From the NCBI GenBank assembly GCA_048500355.1, contig JASNYD010000004.1, forward strand, positions 128,001 to 192,000: 64,000 bases of DNA, written 5' to 3'. A program made the translations under genes and the position numbers. Source of the stretch: Kofleriaceae bacterium (GTDB lineage Bacteria; Myxococcota_A; Polyangia; Haliangiales; Haliangiaceae). The notes beneath the pieces were generated by a model. The model saw only the letters and a list, made by a program, of their open reading frames with translations. It made no database searches and had not been told where the DNA came from. This document shows, one piece after another, positions 11,546-22,095 of the stretch; position 1 is the first letter of the stretch, and every line of letters starts with the position of its first letter.

Positions 11546-12763
11546 TCAGGGCAGCTCGAGGCGGTAGACGCGGCCGGTGCCGATCGCGGTCGCGTACAGC
11601 TCGCCGTGGCCGTCGGTGCCGAGGCTCGACAGGTTGCCGGCGAGGACGCCGTCGAGCTCGTAGGTGTGGTGCGCGACCACGGTCTCGTCGACGACGCGCA
11701 CCGCCTTGATGACGCCGTTGCAGAAGTCGCCGAACAGGTAGCTCCCGACCAGGTCGGGCATGCACCCGCCGCGGTAGACGTGGCCGCCGATCACCGCGCA
11801 GCCGCTGTCGATGCGGCGGTCGATCGCGATGAGCGGCGGCGTCAGCTCCACCTCGTCCCCGCACTCGCCGCCGCCGGGCTCGCCGCCGCCGAGCTCGGGG
11901 TTGAAGCACTCCGGCCCCTCGAACGTGGCCCAGCCGAAGTTGCGGCCGCCGTGCCCGGCCGGCACCAGGTTGATCTCCTCGAAACGGTTCTGGCCGACGT
12001 CGCCGATGTAGAGATCGCCGGTGGCCGGGTCGACCGAGATCCGCCACGGGTTGCGCAGGCCCCAGGCGTAGACCTCGGGCGCGCCGCCGCCGTGGGCCCA
12101 CGGGTTGTCGGGCGGGATGGCGTACGGCGAGCCGCCGTCGACGTCGAGGCGGAGGACCTTGGCCAGGAGGCTGTCCGGGCTCTGGCCGTTGCCGAACACG
12201 TCGGGCGGCACCGCGCTCGAGCCGTCACCGATCGACACGTAGAGGTACCCGTCGGGGCCGAACACCACCGAGCCGCCGTTGTGGATGTCGGGGTTGAGCT
12301 GGCGATCGATGCGGAGGAGCTCGCGCTCGCTCGGGTAGGCGACGTCGGCGGTGGGGTCGGCGACCAGCTCGGAGATGACGTTGTCGCCGTGGGGCTCCGC
12401 GGTGTAGTGGATGACGAAGCGCCCGGTACGGGCGAAGTCGGGGTGGAAGGCCAGGCCGAGCAGCCCCTGCTCGGGGCCGACCGCGATCACGTGATCGGAC
12501 AGGTCGAGGTACGGGGTGGGCAGGAGCACCCCGTCCTTCACCACCCGGATGCGGCCGAGCTGCTCGAGCACGAACAGGCGGTCATCGCCGCGCGGCGCCG
12601 CCACCCCCAGCGGGCGGTTGAGGCCGACGGCGACCCGGGTGAGGGTGAGCTCGGTCCCGGGCCGGGGCGAGCAGAACGGCGCGTGGTCCGTGCCGGGCGC
12701 GGGCGGGTCGCCGCACGCCGCGAGCGCGGTGACGCCCGCCATCCACAGCAAGCCAGGCTTCAT
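11546..12763 (-). CDS. PQQ-dependent sugar dehydrogenase lipoprotein, copy 2 (paralog of 10177..11448)
   Basis: Same motif set (GLLGLAFHP, HNGGSVVFGPDGYLYVSIGDGS, WAWGLRNPWRISVDPATGDLYIGDVGQ). Probable start MKPGLLWMAGVTALAAC at 12763; the ORF extends to 12814. Confidence 0.85.
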   Translation of the reverse strand: MKPGLLWMAGVTALAACGDPPAPGTDHAPFCSPRPGTELTLTRVAVGLNRPLGVAAPRGDDRLFVLEQLGRIRVVKDGVLLPTPYLDLSDHVIAVGPEQGLLGLAFHPDFARTGRFVIHYTAEPHGDNVISELVADPTADVAYPSERELLRIDRQLNPDIHNGGSVVFGPDGYLYVSIGDGSSAVPPDVFGNGQSPDSLLAKVLRLDVDGGSPYAIPPDNPWAHGGGAPEVYAWGLRNPWRISVDPATGDLYIGDVGQNRFEEINLVPAGHGGRNFGWATFEGPECFNPELGGGEPGGGECGDEVELTPPLIAIDRRIDSGCAVIGGHVYRGGCMPDLVGSYLFGDFCNGVIKAVRVVDETVVAHHTYELDGVLAGNLSSLGTDGHGELYATAIGTGRVYRLELP

Positions 12764-12921
12764 AGATCCTGCATCATACGCAGCCCCGTCACCGGGGCGA
12801 GCCTCGATCGACACGAGGCGAGCGCTTTTCGTATGTGCTCAAATGACGCAGGCCGGCCGCGGGCCGCGACGCAGCCGACGCCGGCGCGGGGCAGCCGCGA
12901 GCGGGCCGCGCCGAGGCCGCC

Positions 12922-13965
12922 TCAGGACGCCATGCGCTCGGGGTGCGCCGCGAACCAGGCCACGGTCTCGGCCAGGCCGGCGGCGATCTCGTGGCTGGGC
13001 CGGTAGCCGAGGTCGGTGGCCAGGCGCTCGATCGAGGCCTGCGAGTGCGGGATGTCGCCGGTCCGCGGCGCCTCGAACACCGGCTGGGCGCCGGCGACGT
13101 CGGGGCGGACCCGGGCCAGGTTGTCGCGGATGATCGTGAAGAGCTGCGTCAGCTCGGTGCGGCCGTTGCAGCCGACGTTGTAGACCGGGGCGCAGGCGGT
13201 GGCCGACGCCGTCGCCGCCAGCAGGTTGGCCTGGACCGCGTTGTCGACGTAGCAGAAGTCGCGGCTGTTCGAGCCGTCGCCGAAGATGACGCACGGCCGG
13301 CCGTGCATGAGGTTGCCGATCCAGCGCGGGATGACGGCGGCGTACAGGCCGTTGGGATCCTGGCGGCGACCGAAGACGTTGAAGTAGCGCAGGCCCACGA
13401 CCTCGAGGTCGTAGACGTCGGCGAAGACCTGGCCGTAGAGCTCGTTCATCCGCTTGGTGGCGGCGTACGGCGACAGCGGCTTGCCGAGCTGGTCCTCGTG
13501 CTTGGGCAGGCCGGGGTGATCGCCGTAGACCGAGCTCGACGAGGCGTAGACGAAGCGGCGGACGCCGGCGGCGCGCGCCGCCAGCAGCATGTTGAGGAAG
13601 CCGGTGACGTTGGTGGCGTGGTAGGGCGCGGGGTCGGCGATCGAGCGCGGCACCGAGCCGATCGCCGCCTGGTGGAGGATGACGTCGACGTCCTGGCACA
13701 CCCGGGCGCAGGTCGCCGGATCGCGGATGTCGCCCTCGTGGAACTCGAACTGGAGGCGGGCGTCGGGGTGGATCGCGAGGACGTCGTCGAGGTTGTCCTG
13801 GCTGCCGTTGGAGAAGTTGTCGAGGCCGACCACGGTCTGGCCGAGGTCGAGCAGGCGCTCGAGCAGGGCCGAGCCGATGAAGCCGGCGACGCCGGTGACC
13901 AGCCACCGGCGCGGCTCGTTGACCAGGCGATCGCAGACCGCGGCGTAGCGCGTCTCGGCCATCAC
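12922..13965 (-). CDS. NAD-dependent epimerase/dehydratase, UDP-GlcNAc(A) 4-epimerase (TviC/WbpP-like)
   Basis: LVTGVAGFIGS Rossmann motif, YxxxK (YAATKRMNE), strong family resemblance over 347 aa. Confidence 0.85.
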   Translation of the reverse strand: MMAETRYAAVCDRLVNEPRRWLVTGVAGFIGSALLERLLDLGQTVVGLDNFSNGSQDNLDDVLAIHPDARLQFEFHEGDIRDPATCARVCQDVDVILHQAAIGSVPRSIADPAPYHATNVTGFLNMLLAARAAGVRRFVYASSSSVYGDHPGLPKHEDQLGKPLSPYAATKRMNELYGQVFADVYDLEVVGLRYFNVFGRRQDPNGLYAAVIPRWIGNLMHGRPCVIFGDGSNSRDFCYVDNAVQANLLAATASATACAPVYNVGCNGRTELTQLFTIIRDNLARVRPDVAGAQPVFEAPRTGDIPHSQASIERLATDLGYRPSHEIAAGLAETVAWFAAHPERMAS

Positions 13966-13981
13966 CGGCCTCCGGCGCCCA

Positions 13982-15268
<1,287 letters not shown>

Positions 15269-15342
15269 GAGGGCCGGAGGTAACCACGAGCCGGTCAGCG
15301 CGACAAGCCGTGTGAAAGCCAGCCGCCGTCGCGGTCGCCATC

Positions 15343-16041
15343 GTGGTAGGGTGCGCGCCGATGTTCGCAACGCTCGGTGGCGTGCTCCTCGGCCTCGTCG
15401 TCGGCGTCCGCCACGCCTTCGAGCCCGATCACCTGGCGGCGGTCTCGACCCTGGTCACCGACGCCCGCGACGCCCGCCGCGGCGCGCTCCTGGGCGCGAT
15501 CTGGGGGCTGGGCCACACCCTGGCGCTGGTCGCGGTCGGGATCGCGCTGCTCGCCGCCGGCGCCCTGGTGCCGGCCCGGCTCGAGACCGCGCTCGAGCTC
15601 GCGGTCGCGGTCATGCTGATCGCGCTCGGGATCCGCGCCCTCGTCCGCGCCGCGCGCGACGGCCGCGGCGGCCCGATCTCGGCCCACGCCCACGGCCAGA
15701 CCCTGCACCGCCACGCCGCTCCCGACGGCGGCCACCTCCACGTCGGCGCGAGCACGCTGGCCTGGCGGCCGCTCGCGATCGGCGTCATCCACGGCCTCGC
15801 CGGCAGCGGCGGCCTGACCGCGCTGGTGTTCGCCGAGCTGCCCAGCGACGCCGCGCGCGTCGTCTACATCGTGCTGTTCGGCGCCGGCTCGATCGCCGGC
15901 ATGGCCCTGGCCTCCGGGCTGGCCGGCCTGTCGCTGGCGCGGCTGGTCCGCGCGCCCCACCACGCCCGCCGCCTCGGCGCCGTGGCCGGCGCGCTGTCGA
16001 TCGCGATCGGCGTCGCCTGGGGCGTGCCCCTCCTGGCCTGA
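15343..16041 (+). CDS. Putative Ni2+/Co2+ transporter (NiCoT/NicO or HupE/UreJ-like signature RHAFEPDHLAA ... GLGHTLAL)
   Basis: Multi-TM hydrophobic protein with His/Asp metal motifs resembling the NiCoT signature RHAxDADHI. Start could be 15343 or 15361. Confidence 0.55.
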   Translation: MVGCAPMFATLGGVLLGLVVGVRHAFEPDHLAAVSTLVTDARDARRGALLGAIWGLGHTLALVAVGIALLAAGALVPARLETALELAVAVMLIALGIRALVRAARDGRGGPISAHAHGQTLHRHAAPDGGHLHVGASTLAWRPLAIGVIHGLAGSGGLTALVFAELPSDAARVVYIVLFGAGSIAGMALASGLAGLSLARLVRAPHHARRLGAVAGALSIAIGVAWGVPLLA

Positions 16042-16074
16042 TCGTCGCCGCGCGCGTCGGACGCCGAGCGCACG

Positions 16075-16599
16075 TCAGGGCTTGACGACGACGACCGTGC
16101 ACGGCGCGGCGCGCACGACGCGCTCGGCGACCGAGCCCACGAACAGGCGGCTGACCGCGTCGTGGCCGTGGCTGCCGATGACCACGGCATGCGCCCCCAG
16201 CTCGCCGGCGAGGCGGACCAGCTCGTCGGCGGGGCGCCCCACCGCCACGTGCTCGTGGATCCGCGGCACCCGGCCGCGGGCCGCCTCGGCATGCCGGCGC
16301 AGCTCGGCAGCGGCCAGGGCCTCGACCTCGGCCAGCTCGCGCGTGACCTCGCCGGCGCCGGGACGAAGGTCGGCCAGCCGCCAGCGCCGCTCGACGACGT
16401 GGACCAGGTGCAGCTCGTCGCCGGCGACGGCGTGATCCAGCGCCCACGCCAGCGCGCGCTGGGCCGGCGGCGAGAAGTCGAGCGCGACCACGATCGCGCG
16501 CGGCCCGGAGCTCGCCCCCGGATCCGTGCCCTCCTCGGGCAGGCCGTCGCCATCGGCCTGCGTCTCGTCGCGCCACTCGCTCGGATCGGACCCGGTCAT
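16075..16599 (-). CDS. Universal stress protein (UspA family)
   Basis: C-terminal 174 aa of ORF 16075..17229, starting at MTGSDPSEW. Motifs IVVALDFSPPAQRAL ... VVIGSHGHDAVSRLFVGSVAERVVRAAPCTVVVVKP. Confidence 0.8.
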   Translation of the reverse strand: MTGSDPSEWRDETQADGDGLPEEGTDPGASSGPRAIVVALDFSPPAQRALAWALDHAVAGDELHLVHVVERRWRLADLRPGAGEVTRELAEVEALAAAELRRHAEAARGRVPRIHEHVAVGRPADELVRLAGELGAHAVVIGSHGHDAVSRLFVGSVAERVVRAAPCTVVVVKP

Positions 16600-16719
16600 G
16601 GCCCGTGTATCGCAGAGCCGCGGGCGGCGCTCAACCGTCCCTCGACCGCGCGGGCGCCGGGTCGCGGGCCGGACGCGGGGCGGGTCGTGCCCGGGGGGGT
16701 TCCGGTGTAGGGTCGGCGC

Positions 16720-17310
16720 GTGAGCGACGACGCGCCGCTGGCCGCGCTCGGCATCGAGCTCGCGACCGACGTCCGCCTCCCCGAGGTGCGGACCGAGGCC
16801 ATCCGCGTCGCCCGCCGCCTGCACGCCACCGGCGCCCGCGCCATCGGCTTCGTGCCCACCGATCGCGACGTCGCCGTCCCGCCGCTCCTCGTCCAGCTCG
16901 GGGCCGGGCTGTGCGATCTGACCGGGGCGACGATCGCGATCGTCGACGCCAACGCCCGCTACCCCGGCCTGCGCGCGCTGGTCGGCGGCGCGCCCGGCGA
17001 CGACGGCGCGCTGTTCTCGACCCGCTGGCTCGCCGGCTCGCTCGCCCTCCTGACCCCGGCGCGCGTCGAGCAACCCGGCGAGGTCGTGCCGGCCCTGGCC
17101 CGCCTCCTGCTCGACGGCTCCGAGCTCTTCGCCCACGTCCTGTGCGACCTCACCGGCTTCGAGCTCTTCGGCGAGCACGCCAGCGCCGCCGCCTGCATGG
17201 ACGGCGTGGTCCTGGTCGGCCGCGCCCACCGCACGCGCGAGGACGAGCTGCGCTCCCTGGCCGCGCTCATGCCCGCGGACCGCTTCCTCGGCGTCCTGCT
17301 CGTCGGCTAG
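16720..17310 (+). CDS. Hypothetical protein (GTG start), weak resemblance to a degenerate ParA/MinD-like P-loop fold
   Basis: 196-aa ORF with protein-like composition, sitting between the usp gene and the Ser/Thr kinase. No confident family. Confidence 0.35.
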   Translation: MSDDAPLAALGIELATDVRLPEVRTEAIRVARRLHATGARAIGFVPTDRDVAVPPLLVQLGAGLCDLTGATIAIVDANARYPGLRALVGGAPGDDGALFSTRWLAGSLALLTPARVEQPGEVVPALARLLLDGSELFAHVLCDLTGFELFGEHASAAACMDGVVLVGRAHRTREDELRSLAALMPADRFLGVLLVG

Positions 17311-17432
17311 CCGCGGCGCCGCCGTGGCGCCGCGGGGTCGAACCCGTGCCGGGACCTGGCAGCCTCTGCCCTCGGGCTGCCGGGAACGGCCCTTGATCTG
17401 CCGCCATCCGCCTGGAATCCTGAGGTGCTCGC

Positions 17433-19013
17433 GTGTCGACGACTCCCGTGCTCGCCGTCGGTCCCGGCTCCATGCTGGGGCGCTATCAGGTGCTGTCGCA
17501 CCTGGCCAGCGGAGGCATGGCCGAGATCTTCCTGGCCCGCGCCACCGGCCTCCAGGGCTTCGAGCGCTACGTCGTGGTCAAGTGCATCAAGCCCGAGCAT
17601 GCCCGCGACGAGCGCTTCGTCGAGATGTTCATCGACGAGGCCCGCCTGTCGGCGCAGCTCCACCACCAGAACATCGCGCAGGTCTACGACATCGGCCAGG
17701 AGGGCGGCGCCTACTACTTCGCGATGGAGTACGTGCACGGCGAGAACGTGCGCGAGCTCCTGCACCGGGTCGCGATCGCGCAGGCCCGGGTCCCGCTCGA
17801 GCACGCGCTCACGATCGTCACCGCCGCCGCCGCCGGGCTGCACTACGCCCACGACAAGCGCGGCAGCGACCGCCGGCCGCTCGACATCGTCCACCGCGAC
17901 GTCTCGCCGTCCAACATCATCGTCGCCTTCGACGGCGCGGTGAAGGTGGTCGACTTCGGCATCGCCAAGGCCGCGCTGCGGATGACCGAGACGCGGTCGG
18001 GCACGCTCAAGGGCAAGATCGCGTACATGTCACCCGAGCAGTGCCGGAGCGAGCCGCTCGACCGGCGCAGCGACGTGTTCGCGCTCGGCATCGTGCTCTA
18101 CGAGCTGACCACGGTCACCCGGCTGTTCAAGGGCGACAGCGACTACGTGACGATGAACAAGATCGTCACCGGCGAGATCCCGCCGCCGAGCACGGTGCGG
18201 GCCGACTACCCGCCAGCGCTCGAGGCCATCGTCATGCGGGCGCTGGCGGTCGACCCGGCCGCCCGCTTCCCCTCGGCGGGCGCCATGCTCGACGCGCTGG
18301 TCGGCTTCTGCCAGGACGAGAAGCTCTCGACCTCGGCCATCGGGCTCGCGCGGTACGCCCGCGAGCTGTTCGGCGAGCGACCGGAGCCGTGGATGGCCGG
18401 CGACGCCGCGATCTCGGCCCACCACCTGGCCGCGGCCAGCGCGTCGTCGACCGACACCGCCACCGCGGCCCCGGCCGGCTCGGGCCTGACCCCCGCGACC
18501 CGCGCAGGCGGAGCGACCGCCGCGGCCGCCGCGCCCGGCTCGGCCGGTTCGCTCCTGCTGTCGGCCGAGCTGCGCGCGCCGGTCGAGGCGCGGCCCCGTC
18601 GCGCCGCGCTGTGGCTGGGGCTCGCCGCCGTGGCCGGCGCGGCGCTCGTCGCCGGCGCGATCGTGCTCGATCGCGAGCCCGCGGGGGTGAGCCGGGGCGC
18701 CGACGAGCGCGCGGGGCCCACGCCCGTCGACGCCGCCGTGGTCCCGACCGAGCCCCCGCGCGACGCCGGCGTCGAGCTCGCCGCGGAGGCACCCGACGCC
18801 GGGCTCGACGCCGCGAGCGCCGCCGCCGGCTCCCGCCGCCCGCCGCAGGATCGCTCGCGCGACGACCGCCCCCGCGACGACCGCGGCGATCGCGCGAGCG
18901 CCGGCGCCGCCACGACCACGCGCACGCCTGGCCGCCCCGACCCTGCGCCGCCCCCGGTGGACGCCGGCGCCGGACCGCGCCGCGACCCGACCCGCCTCCT
19001 GCCTCCGGACTGA
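17433..19013 (+). CDS. Eukaryotic-like Ser/Thr protein kinase (Hanks-type) with TM segment and Pro/Ala-rich C-terminal region
   Basis: GGMAEIFLA ... VVKCIKPE (VAIK-like), HRDVSPSNII, DFGIAKA, MSPEQ. TM helix LWLGLAAVAGAALVAGAIVL. Confidence 0.9.
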   Translation: MSTTPVLAVGPGSMLGRYQVLSHLASGGMAEIFLARATGLQGFERYVVVKCIKPEHARDERFVEMFIDEARLSAQLHHQNIAQVYDIGQEGGAYYFAMEYVHGENVRELLHRVAIAQARVPLEHALTIVTAAAAGLHYAHDKRGSDRRPLDIVHRDVSPSNIIVAFDGAVKVVDFGIAKAALRMTETRSGTLKGKIAYMSPEQCRSEPLDRRSDVFALGIVLYELTTVTRLFKGDSDYVTMNKIVTGEIPPPSTVRADYPPALEAIVMRALAVDPAARFPSAGAMLDALVGFCQDEKLSTSAIGLARYARELFGERPEPWMAGDAAISAHHLAAASASSTDTATAAPAGSGLTPATRAGGATAAAAAPGSAGSLLLSAELRAPVEARPRRAALWLGLAAVAGAALVAGAIVLDREPAGVSRGADERAGPTPVDAAVVPTEPPRDAGVELAAEAPDAGLDAASAAAGSRRPPQDRSRDDRPRDDRGDRASAGAATTTRTPGRPDPAPPPVDAGAGPRRDPTRLLPPD

Positions 19014-19058
19014 CCACGCCGGAGCGCCGTCACGATCGCCACGCCAGGATCGCCTCGC

Positions 19059-19871
19059 ATGCCCGCACCTACGCCCCGACGCCTCCCCCTCGTCCTCGCG
19101 CTCGCCGGCGTCCCCGCGCTCGCGCTCGCCGCGCCGCCGGCGACCGCCCAGCCGGCCCCGCCGACCGATCCCGTGCAAGCCCGGATCGATCGCGCCATGG
19201 CCTACTACGAGGCCGCCGATCTGGCGCGCGCCCTCGACGAGCTGGCCGCGGCCTACGCCGAGAGCCCGCGCCCCGACCTCCTGTTCGCGATGGGGCGCAT
19301 CCACGTCGAGCGCGGCGAGTGTGCCGAGGCCATCGCCGCCTACCGGCGCTTCCTCGCCAGCAAGCCGGGGCCCAACTCCACCCAGATCGCCACCGACGCC
19401 ATCGCCGAGTGCCAGAAGGTGCTGGCCGCCGCCGGCGAGCGGCTCCCGGTCGATCCGGACGCCGGGGCCGCCGCCCCGCCCGCCGACGACGCTCGGACGG
19501 CGGCGACGGCGGCGCCGCCCGCGGTCCACACCCGCACCCGGCCCTGGTACACCGACGCGCTCGGCGACGCCCTGGTCGGCGTCGGCCTGGTCGGCGGCGT
19601 CACCGCCGGCGCGCTCTACCTGTCGGCTCGCGGCGACCTCGATCGCGCCGCCGAGGGTGGCCCCGGCGGCGTGACGCTGGCCGAGCACGATCGCCTGGTC
19701 GCCCGCGCCGACCGCAAGCAGCTCTGGGCCGGCATCGCCGGCGGCGTCGGCGCCGCCCTCGTGGTCGGCGGCGTGATCCGCTTCGTCACCGGCGACCGCA
19801 CCGAGACCGTGACCGTCGCGCCCGCCGCCGGCGAGGCCGGCGCCGGCGTCACCGTCGGCTGGCGGTTCTGA
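19059..19871 (+). CDS. Secreted TPR-like repeat protein with C-terminal membrane segment
   Basis: Signal peptide LVLALAGVPALALA. TPR-like helices (AMAYYEAADLARALDELAAAY, ECAEAIAAYRRFLA). Hydrophobic stretch near the C-terminus. Confidence 0.55.
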   Translation: MPAPTPRRLPLVLALAGVPALALAAPPATAQPAPPTDPVQARIDRAMAYYEAADLARALDELAAAYAESPRPDLLFAMGRIHVERGECAEAIAAYRRFLASKPGPNSTQIATDAIAECQKVLAAAGERLPVDPDAGAAAPPADDARTAATAAPPAVHTRTRPWYTDALGDALVGVGLVGGVTAGALYLSARGDLDRAAEGGPGGVTLAEHDRLVARADRKQLWAGIAGGVGAALVVGGVIRFVTGDRTETVTVAPAAGEAGAGVTVGWRF

Positions 19872-19908
19872 CGCCTGGTCCGCGCACCGGCCGCGTCCGG
19901 GCCCGCCG

Positions 19909-20712
19909 TCAGGCCGGCGTCGACGCGACCTTGCGCAGGCGGGCCCGGTGCAGCTTCGTCTCGAGGCGGGCCCGCGGGCTCGCCGCCGCCGGTCGGTAGT
20001 GGTGATGCGGCCCGTCGGCGATCGTGGGCAGCGCCTCGCGGCGCGGCAGCCCGGCCTCGTCGAGCCAGCCGCGGACGCGCGCGTGCAGCGCGTCGTCGAC
20101 GGTCATCCACACCAGGGTCTTGTGCTGGGTCAGGCGCCAGGTCGACTGCGGCGCGCGCACGTAGGCGGCGACGTCGACGTGCCCGCTGTCGAGCAGATCG
20201 ACCTCGAAGTCATCGAGGAAGCGGAGCGCGCGCCGCGGATCGCTCAGGCGGGGCGTCAGCCACACATCGTCACGGCCGCCGTCGAAGTGGGCGGCGACGC
20301 GGACCTCGAGGTTGTCGACCGCCGGCAGGCGCTCGACGATCGACAGGAAGCGCTCGCGCGCGTCGTCACCCTCGGCCACCGCCTCGAGCGCCCACCCCGC
20401 GCTGGCGGCGCGCTCGACCGTGCCGGTCACCACGGTGGGGCGGGCGCCGCCGTCGAGCGCCGCCACCACGCCGCGCGGCCACCGGAACGCGCCGACCTTC
20501 TGCGGCCGGTCGCGCAGGGCGATCACGCCCTTGCCCACCGACTCGCCCAGCGGCACCTCCCCCGGCGCCGCGGTCGCCGCCGCCAGCGGCCACGCCTTGC
20601 CCAGGCGCCGCGACGCCAGCTCGATCGCCGCGCCCAGGTGCGGTCCCGGCGCCACCACCAGCCGCGGCCCGTCGTCGGTGCCCAGCGCGATGCGGAACCA
20701 GGTCTCCTTCAC
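19909..20712 (-). CDS. Hypothetical protein (GTG start, 267 aa)
   Basis: C-terminal part of ORF 19909..21966 with real-looking composition (W/F/Y/H/K). GTGA overlap with the upstream lipoprotein gene. Confidence 0.4.
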   Translation of the reverse strand: MKETWFRIALGTDDGPRLVVAPGPHLGAAIELASRRLGKAWPLAAATAAPGEVPLGESVGKGVIALRDRPQKVGAFRWPRGVVAALDGGARPTVVTGTVERAASAGWALEAVAEGDDARERFLSIVERLPAVDNLEVRVAAHFDGGRDDVWLTPRLSDPRRALRFLDDFEVDLLDSGHVDVAAYVRAPQSTWRLTQHKTLVWMTVDDALHARVRGWLDEAGLPRREALPTIADGPHHHYRPAAASPRARLETKLHRARLRKVASTPA

Positions 20713-22088
20713 GGGCCGTCGATCCCGGCGTCGTGGCCGGCGTCGCTCCCGGCGTCGCCCGCGACGCCGGCGTCGGAGCCCGGCCCGCCCAGCCCGGCGT
20801 CGACCATCGACACCACGCCGGTCAGCCGGATCACCACGACCGAGACGTGGTTGTCGACGAGCCCGCCGCGGGCCTCGCCGTCGCCGGTGAGCCCGCCCGG
20901 CACCGCCGCCTGCCACACCGACTCGAAGCCGGCGTCGCTGGACAGGAAGTAGCCCTTGCTGTCGGTGCCGGCGAAGCCGACGGTCTGCAGGTTGTCGTCG
21001 GGGTAGACCACCAGCGCGCCGTCGGTGGTCGAGACCATCGCGCCTCGTACCGGCTGGCCGGTGGCGTCGACCACGACGCCGATCACCATGCCCTCCTCGG
21101 GCAGATCGAACAGCGACTGCAGGTCGAGGAGATCGCGGAGCATGACGCGTCCGACCAGGAAGCCGTCGACGCGCAGGCGCCCCGTGCCGGCGCTGGTCGG
21201 GAAGCAGGCGATCGTGGGCGCGGCGACCCCCTGGGCCGCCACCCGCAGGCACCGGGTGCCGGTCGGGGCCTCCTCGAGGTTGGCCTGCCACACCAGCGGG
21301 CCCGACGAGGTGTAGGCCAGGGCCGGCGAGAACGCGTCGAGATCGACGCGGAAGCGGTCCAGCGCGCCGGGCACCGGCACGCCGAAGCGGACCTCCATGT
21401 CCTCGGCCTGGGTGCGCAGCACCGAGCCGAACGTGCGCGGATCGCGGATCGTCGCCTCGAGCAGCACGGTGCTGTTGCGGCAGGCCGGCGCGTCGAGCTG
21501 ATCCCACCCCGGGCAGCCGAGCGTGACGGTCGCCACCGGGCTCTTGCCGACGTCGAAGTAGGCCTCGCCCCCCAGCGCCGGCACCGGCAGATCGGGCGGG
21601 TTGGCGCCGGTCGGATCCGAGACCAGGCGCGGCAGGCCGTCGCCCGTGAACTCGGTGGTCACCGGACAGCCGTCGGTCTGGCTGAGGTCGACGCCGCTGC
21701 GCGCCAGCTCGGCGACGGTCCACACGATGACCTGCACCCGCACCATCTCGTTGGGGATGGCGCGGGGCTCGATCGCGAGGTCGGCGAGCTGGCAGGCGTC
21801 GCCGTTGTCGCGGATGCTGAAGCACTCCGAGTAGTAGGGCTGACCGCTCGCGGCGTCGAGGATGCGCACGCGCACGCGGGCGTCGCAGGTGAGCGGGATC
21901 GCCGCGCAGGTGTAGGTGCCGTCGCTCAGGGTCGGGCAGGCCTGGGCGCCGGGCGCGCGCGCCCACTGGACGCGCAGGCGGAAGCGCACCGAGTCGTCGC
22001 AGCCGGCGGCGCCCACCGTCGCCACGATCAGCGCGGCGAGGAGGGGCGCGGCGCCGCGACCCGCGGCCTGGGACGAACGGCCGGACAT
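20709..22088 (-). CDS. Hypothetical secreted lipoprotein (Cys-rich N-domain, Gly/Asp-rich C-tail)
   Basis: Lipobox LIVATVGAAGCDD, multiple Cys pairs, 459 aa, protein-like composition. Confidence 0.6.
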   Translation of the reverse strand: MSGRSSQAAGRGAAPLLAALIVATVGAAGCDDSVRFRLRVQWARAPGAQACPTLSDGTYTCAAIPLTCDARVRVRILDAASGQPYYSECFSIRDNGDACQLADLAIEPRAIPNEMVRVQVIVWTVAELARSGVDLSQTDGCPVTTEFTGDGLPRLVSDPTGANPPDLPVPALGGEAYFDVGKSPVATVTLGCPGWDQLDAPACRNSTVLLEATIRDPRTFGSVLRTQAEDMEVRFGVPVPGALDRFRVDLDAFSPALAYTSSGPLVWQANLEEAPTGTRCLRVAAQGVAAPTIACFPTSAGTGRLRVDGFLVGRVMLRDLLDLQSLFDLPEEGMVIGVVVDATGQPVRGAMVSTTDGALVVYPDDNLQTVGFAGTDSKGYFLSSDAGFESVWQAAVPGGLTGDGEARGGLVDNHVSVVVIRLTGVVSMVDAGLGGPGSDAGVAGDAGSDAGHDAGIDGP

Positions 22089-22095
22089 CGCGCGC

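Noticed and set aside
9464-11709. Long ORFs 9464..11467 (-) and 9679..11709 (+)
   Set aside because: Arg/Pro/Gly-rich compositions typical of out-of-frame or antisense translation of the GC-rich PQQ-dehydrogenase genes, with no domains.
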